Shown in pieces: positions 60,505 to 64,000 of a stretch of DNA of 64,000 nt. The stretch's first letter is position 1; each line of letters opens with the position of its first letter. The stretch lies in the NCBI GenBank assembly GCA_009692185.1, contig SHZT01000009.1, positions 49,335 to 113,334 on the forward strand, in the 5' to 3' direction. The stretch is from Gemmatimonadota bacterium (GTDB taxonomy: Bacteria; Gemmatimonadota; Gemmatimonadetes; Gemmatimonadales; GWC2-71-9). Below the pieces are notes generated by a model. It saw only the letters and a list, made by a program, of their open reading frames with translations. It had not been told where the DNA came from and ran no database searches. Both the position numbers and the translations under genes were made by a program.

Positions 60505-62933
60505 GTCGTTACCGTGGCCTCCGCACCTTCAGGGGCGCCCCATTCGGTCTGGCACTTGAGGCACCGACGATACTCACCGCGACCCTTGGTGTAGCGCTTC
60601 TCCGCACCAAGGTAACTGCACTCGGGGCAGGTGTCGGGCACGGGCCGGTACCAGGTTGAGAAATCGCACGCCGGGTAGTTCCCGCATCCGAAGAAAGACC
60701 GCCCGCGCTTCGTGCGCCGCTCCGCGAGCTCGCCGTCGCCGCACTTGGGGCACTTCACGCCCAGCGGAATCGGCCGCGTGTGCTTGCATTCCGGGTACTT
60801 CGTGCACGCCAGGAACTCGCCGTAACGCCCCGTCTTGATGACCATGGGCGCGCTACAGACCTTGCAGATCTGGTCCGTGGGACGATCCGGCGGTTTGTCC
60901 CGCTTGAGCGGCTTGGTGTACTTGCAGGTGGGGTAGTTCACGCAGGCGATGAACGGCCCGAACCGGCCGCTTCGCACCCGCAGTTGGCCACCGTCCTCGG
61001 GGCACTTCTCGAGGTCCAGCGAATCAAGACCGTGGGCTTCCTTGATCAGCTCGTCGGTATCCACCGCGGCGAGGGCCTTCTCGAACGGCGTGTAGAAATC
61101 AGACAGCACCGTGCGCCACTTGAGCTCACCTTCCTCGACCTTGTCCAGCTCGTCTTCCATGGCCGACGTGAACGCCACGTTGAAGATGTCGGGGAAGCGG
61201 CTCACCATGACCTTGGTGACCGTCTCGCCGAGATCCGTTGGGTGAAAACGCCGGTCCTTGGCGTCCACGTACTCCCGGGCCCGCAGCGTGCCGATGATGG
61301 AACTGTAGGTCGATGGCCGCCCGATCCCCAGGCGCTCCAGCTCCTTCACCAGGCTCGCTTCCGAAAAGCGTGGCGGCGGCTCGGTGAAATGCTGGCTGGG
61401 CTTCACTTCGTGCACGGCGGCGGAATTGCCCTTCTCCAGCGGCGGGACCGGAGCCAGGTCGTCCAGCGTCTTGCCATCTTCCGCCTCGCGCCCTTCGCGG
61501 TAGACCGCGTGATAGCCGTCGAAAATGACGACGGAACCGGTAGCCCGGAACAGGTATTTTCCGACCTCGAAGTCGATCGTCGTGGTGTCGTAGACCGTGG
61601 CCGCCATTTGCGAAGCGACAAACCGGCGCCAGATGAGCTCGTACAGCCTGAACTGCTCGGGCGACAGGTACTGCTTCACCGATTCGGGCCGGCGGTTCAC
61701 ATCACTGGGGCGAATGGCCTCGTGGGCGTCCTGCACCCGCGACGATTTCTTGGCCGCAAACGTGTTGGGCTTCTCGGGGAGATACCGGGGATCCTCAAAG
61801 TACGCCTTGATGTACGCCCGCACCGCGTCGATCGCCACCGGCGCGACGCGGGTCGAGTCCGTTCGCATATACGTGATGAGACCGACGGCCCCCTCGCTGC
61901 CAATTTCAATACCTTCGTAAAGATCCTGCGCCAGGCGCATGGTGCGGCGGGACGAATACCCCAACTGCTTCGCCGATTCCTGCTGGAGCGTGCTGGTGGT
62001 AAACGGCGGAACGGGGTGCTTCCGTCGCTCCTTCCGCTGGACCTCCGAAACGACGAACGGTTTCCCGGTAACATCGGTGATGACGCCGGTTGCCGCGTCC
62101 GCGTTGGGCAGCTCGGGCTTCTTGCCGTCGATCTTGGCAAGCTTGGCCGTGAACTTCTTACCCTGCGCCTCGAGCAGGGCCTCGATCGTCCAGTATTCCT
62201 GCGGCTTGAACGCGCGAATCTCGTTCTCACGCTCCACGATGAGGCGCAACGCCACGGTCTGCACCCGCCCCGCCGACAAGCCGGTCTTCACCGACTTCCA
62301 GAGGAGCGGACTCGCCTTGTAGCCCACCAGGCGGTCCAGGATACGGCGGGCCTGCTGCGCCTCGACCTTGTGGTCGTCTATGACTCCCGCCGACGCGATC
62401 GCCTCGGCGACCGCATCCTTGGTGATCTCGCGCAGCAGCACGCGGTGGAACCGGGGGCCGGGCGCTACCGGTGCCTCAACTTCGGGTTCCGCTTCCTTTG
62501 CGCCCTTCTTGGATCTCTTCGCGCCCTTCCTGGCCTTCGGCTTCTTCTTTTCGGCCTTGGCCGACAATGCCGCCGCGGCTTCCCGCAACCGGTCCGCACC
62601 CTGGCTCGGCTCGGACGCGTTGTCTCCCGTGAGATGCTGGGTCACGTGCCATGCGATGGCCTCTCCCTCACGATCTGGATCGGTCGCGAGGTAGATGTCG
62701 GACGCCGCTTTCGCCGCCTTCCGGAGCTCGGCGAGCGTCTTTCCCTTGCCCCGGATGGTGATGTACTTGGGAATGAACCCGCCCTCGACATCTACGCCCA
62801 ACTCGCGCTGGGGCAAATCCCGGACGTGCCCCACGGTGGCCTTCACCGTGAAACCCTTGCCGAGATACTTCTCGATGGTCTTCGCCTTGGTCGGCGATTC
62901 CACGACCACCAGAAAGCCTTTGACTTTGGCCAT
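60501..62933 (-). CDS. topA: type I DNA topoisomerase
   Basis: Contains LVVVESPTKAKTIEKYLG (Toprim) and the active-site region YMRTDSTRV, plus C-terminal zinc ribbons (CPEDGG.., CKVCSAPM.., CPKCGDG.., CPECS). The start is chosen at 62933. Confidence 0.95.
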   Translation of the reverse strand: MAKVKGFLVVVESPTKAKTIEKYLGKGFTVKATVGHVRDLPQRELGVDVEGGFIPKYITIRGKGKTLAELRKAAKAASDIYLATDPDREGEAIAWHVTQHLTGDNASEPSQGADRLREAAAALSAKAEKKKPKARKGAKRSKKGAKEAEPEVEAPVAPGPRFHRVLLREITKDAVAEAIASAGVIDDHKVEAQQARRILDRLVGYKASPLLWKSVKTGLSAGRVQTVALRLIVERENEIRAFKPQEYWTIEALLEAQGKKFTAKLAKIDGKKPELPNADAATGVITDVTGKPFVVSEVQRKERRKHPVPPFTTSTLQQESAKQLGYSSRRTMRLAQDLYEGIEIGSEGAVGLITYMRTDSTRVAPVAIDAVRAYIKAYFEDPRYLPEKPNTFAAKKSSRVQDAHEAIRPSDVNRRPESVKQYLSPEQFRLYELIWRRFVASQMAATVYDTTTIDFEVGKYLFRATGSVVIFDGYHAVYREGREAEDGKTLDDLAPVPPLEKGNSAAVHEVKPSQHFTEPPPRFSEASLVKELERLGIGRPSTYSSIIGTLRAREYVDAKDRRFHPTDLGETVTKVMVSRFPDIFNVAFTSAMEDELDKVEEGELKWRTVLSDFYTPFEKALAAVDTDELIKEAHGLDSLDLEKCPEDGGQLRVRSGRFGPFIACVNYPTCKYTKPLKRDKPPDRPTDQICKVCSAPMVIKTGRYGEFLACTKYPECKHTRPIPLGVKCPKCGDGELAERRTKRGRSFFGCGNYPACDFSTWYRPVPDTCPECSYLGAEKRYTKGRGEYRRCLKCQTEWGAPEGAEATVTT

Positions 62934-63099
62934 CCAACTCCCGTGTCTTTCGTATTCCTTCTTATTACTGCCGCTTTTTCTTCGACTACCCTGGGTCAAA
63001 TCGCCGCGGGCAAGGTCCCACGCCGGCGTCAACCCGGCGTCAACAGCTACTCACTTAACACGCCAGGGTTCCCGAGGGTCTCCCTTCGGGGGGGCATTA

Positions 63100-63630
63100 T
63101 TACCACCCGCCTGCGGACCGCGCAAGCGCAACCACTTCCATGGCAACCGCTTCCGGCGTCCTCTCGTCCGTCTTGACGACGCCGTCCGCCCGTTCGTAGA
63201 ACGCCCGTCTTGCCGCAAACAAGGCGCGCATCGTCTCGTAGGGGTCGCCGCCAACAAGCAGGGGCCGGTGGCCCTGGGACGCCGTGCGCTGGCCTGCCGT
63301 CTCGGGCGCTGTGTCGAGATACACCGTCAGGACCAGGCCCTGCACCTGTTCCAACGCGCCCGCCTGGGCCGCCCAGCCCCCACCCGGCGCGATCACTCCG
63401 GGCGCCGCTTCCATGAGTCGCTCCACCTGCGCCCGCTCCAGCAGCCGGAATGCCGTTTCGCCGCGTTCCGCGAAGAGTTTCGAAACCGTTCGGTGCTCGT
63501 CCCGCTCGATCAGCTCGTCAACGTCCGAGAACGCCGCGCCCAACGACCGGGCCACCAACGCTCCCACCGTCGTCTTTCCCGCTCCGGGAAGCCCCACAAG
63601 CATTACGTGTCGCCGTGGTGTCTTCTGCAC
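63100..63630 (-). CDS. aroK: shikimate kinase
   Basis: Contains VMLVGLPGAGKTTVG (Walker A), DVDELIE and GGG. GTG 63630 or ATG 63603 is the start. Confidence 0.85.
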   Translation of the reverse strand: MQKTPRRHVMLVGLPGAGKTTVGALVARSLGAAFSDVDELIERDEHRTVSKLFAERGETAFRLLERAQVERLMEAAPGVIAPGGGWAAQAGALEQVQGLVLTVYLDTAPETAGQRTASQGHRPLLVGGDPYETMRALFAARRAFYERADGVVKTDERTPEAVAMEVVALARSAGGW

Positions 63631-63664
63631 TTGTTCCCTGTCCCTCGTCCCTTGTCCCCTCTTG
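63631..63664. repeat. heptamer tract, GGGACAA/GGGACGA/GGGACAG/GGAACAA on the coding strand, filling the aroC-aroK spacer
   Basis: The plus strand reads TTGTTCC CTGTCCC TCGTCCC TTGTCCC CTCTTG. It lies exactly between the aroC stop (63665-63667) and the aroK GTG (63630). Confidence 0.85.
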
Positions 63665-64000
63665 CTACTTCCCACCGCCGCCCTCTCCGAGGGAGTCCCA
63701 GCGCCGGTTGAGCTGCTGTACATACTGATCGTAGTTGGTGCGCATTTCTCCCAGCGAATCTCCACCGAACTTTTCGGCCATCGCATCCGCCAGCACCAGG
63801 CCCGTCATCGCCTCAGCGATGACGCCCATGGCCGGCACCGCCGTTACGTCGGATCGCTCCGATTGTGCCCGCGCCTCGCCGCCGGTTCGCAAGTCCACCG
63901 TGCCGAGCGGCTTCATGAGCGTCGAGATCGGCTTCATGGCAACGTGCAGGACCAGCGGCTCGCCAGTGGTCATGCCGCCTTCGAGGCCGCCGGCTCGATT
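63665..64000 (-). CDS. aroC: chorismate synthase, 5' end outside window
   Basis: The frame is open to the window edge. It reads ..[33 protein letters not shown]...[26 protein letters not shown]. Confidence 0.85.
   Translation of the reverse strand, partial: NRAGGLEGGMTTGEPLVLHVAMKPISTLMKPLGTVDLRTGGEARAQSERSDVTAVPAMGVIAEAMTGLVLADAMAEKFGGDSLGEMRTNYDQYVQQLNRRWDSLGEGGGGK

Noticed and set aside
62480-62570. The direct repeat GCGCCCTTC(T/C)TGG x2 inside topA as another inserted element.
   Set aside because: It encodes a Lys/Ala-rich linker (..KKKPKARKGAKRSKKGAKEAE..). The repeat is short and imperfect and forms no hairpin, so protein-level low complexity is sufficient to explain it.

Overview
This is a high-GC bacterial chromosomal segment, judged by eye at roughly two-thirds G+C. 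I call about 66 protein-coding genes. I saw no rRNA, tRNA, CRISPR array, transposase or phage block. All family calls come from motif recognition in the supplied translations, because no searches were run.

The content is mostly housekeeping:
- leuA-leuC-leuD-leuB and pheA
- an F0-type atp operon (atpZ/I/B/E/F/H)
- an H+-pyrophosphatase
- topA-trmFO-xerC-hslV-hslU
- aroC-aroK
- argF-gcvT-mog
- transporters, three Ser/Thr-kinase genes and a VapBC toxin-antitoxin pair

Genes are packed tightly and many are joined by ATGA, GTGA or TGATG stop/start overlaps. The gene repertoire and repeat style suggest a Gemmatimonadota- or Acidobacteriota-like organism, which is a low-confidence inference.

The most notable observations are:
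1. An exported peroxiredoxin has an in-frame TGA exactly where the peroxidatic Cys should be, with a hairpin 15 nt downstream. This is a candidate selenoprotein. It sits convergent to a CcdA-TlpA periplasmic thiol-reductant operon.
2. A family of short elements built from 7-8 nt periodic units recurs through the window, and each locus has its own unit sequence. The elements form long hairpins or terminal inverted repeats at gene junctions, and some are tolerated in frame inside CDSs. Versions at convergent junctions carry stop codons in all three frames. Versions inside or abutting CDSs contain no stop in any of the six frames, and several are canonical G-quadruplex motifs on the sense strand.
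3. A four-helix-bundle (23S-rRNA-IVS-protein/Avd-like) gene is enclosed by 26-bp terminal inverted repeats of that family, and a cargo-less hairpin of the same repeat lies 5.5 kb away.
4. A molybdopterin oxidoreductase without a Tat signal is preceded by a fused FeS/NrfD subunit and translationally coupled to a DUF411 protein.
5. A degenerate duplication of a permease 3' end flanks a 0.5-kb insert.
6. Several genes show apparent frameshifts, an in-frame TAG, or truncation. These could be assembly indels or real decay, and the sequence alone cannot tell which.

I did not find a convincing multi-gene defence or other novel protein system. The candidate novelty is at the recoding and repeat-element level.
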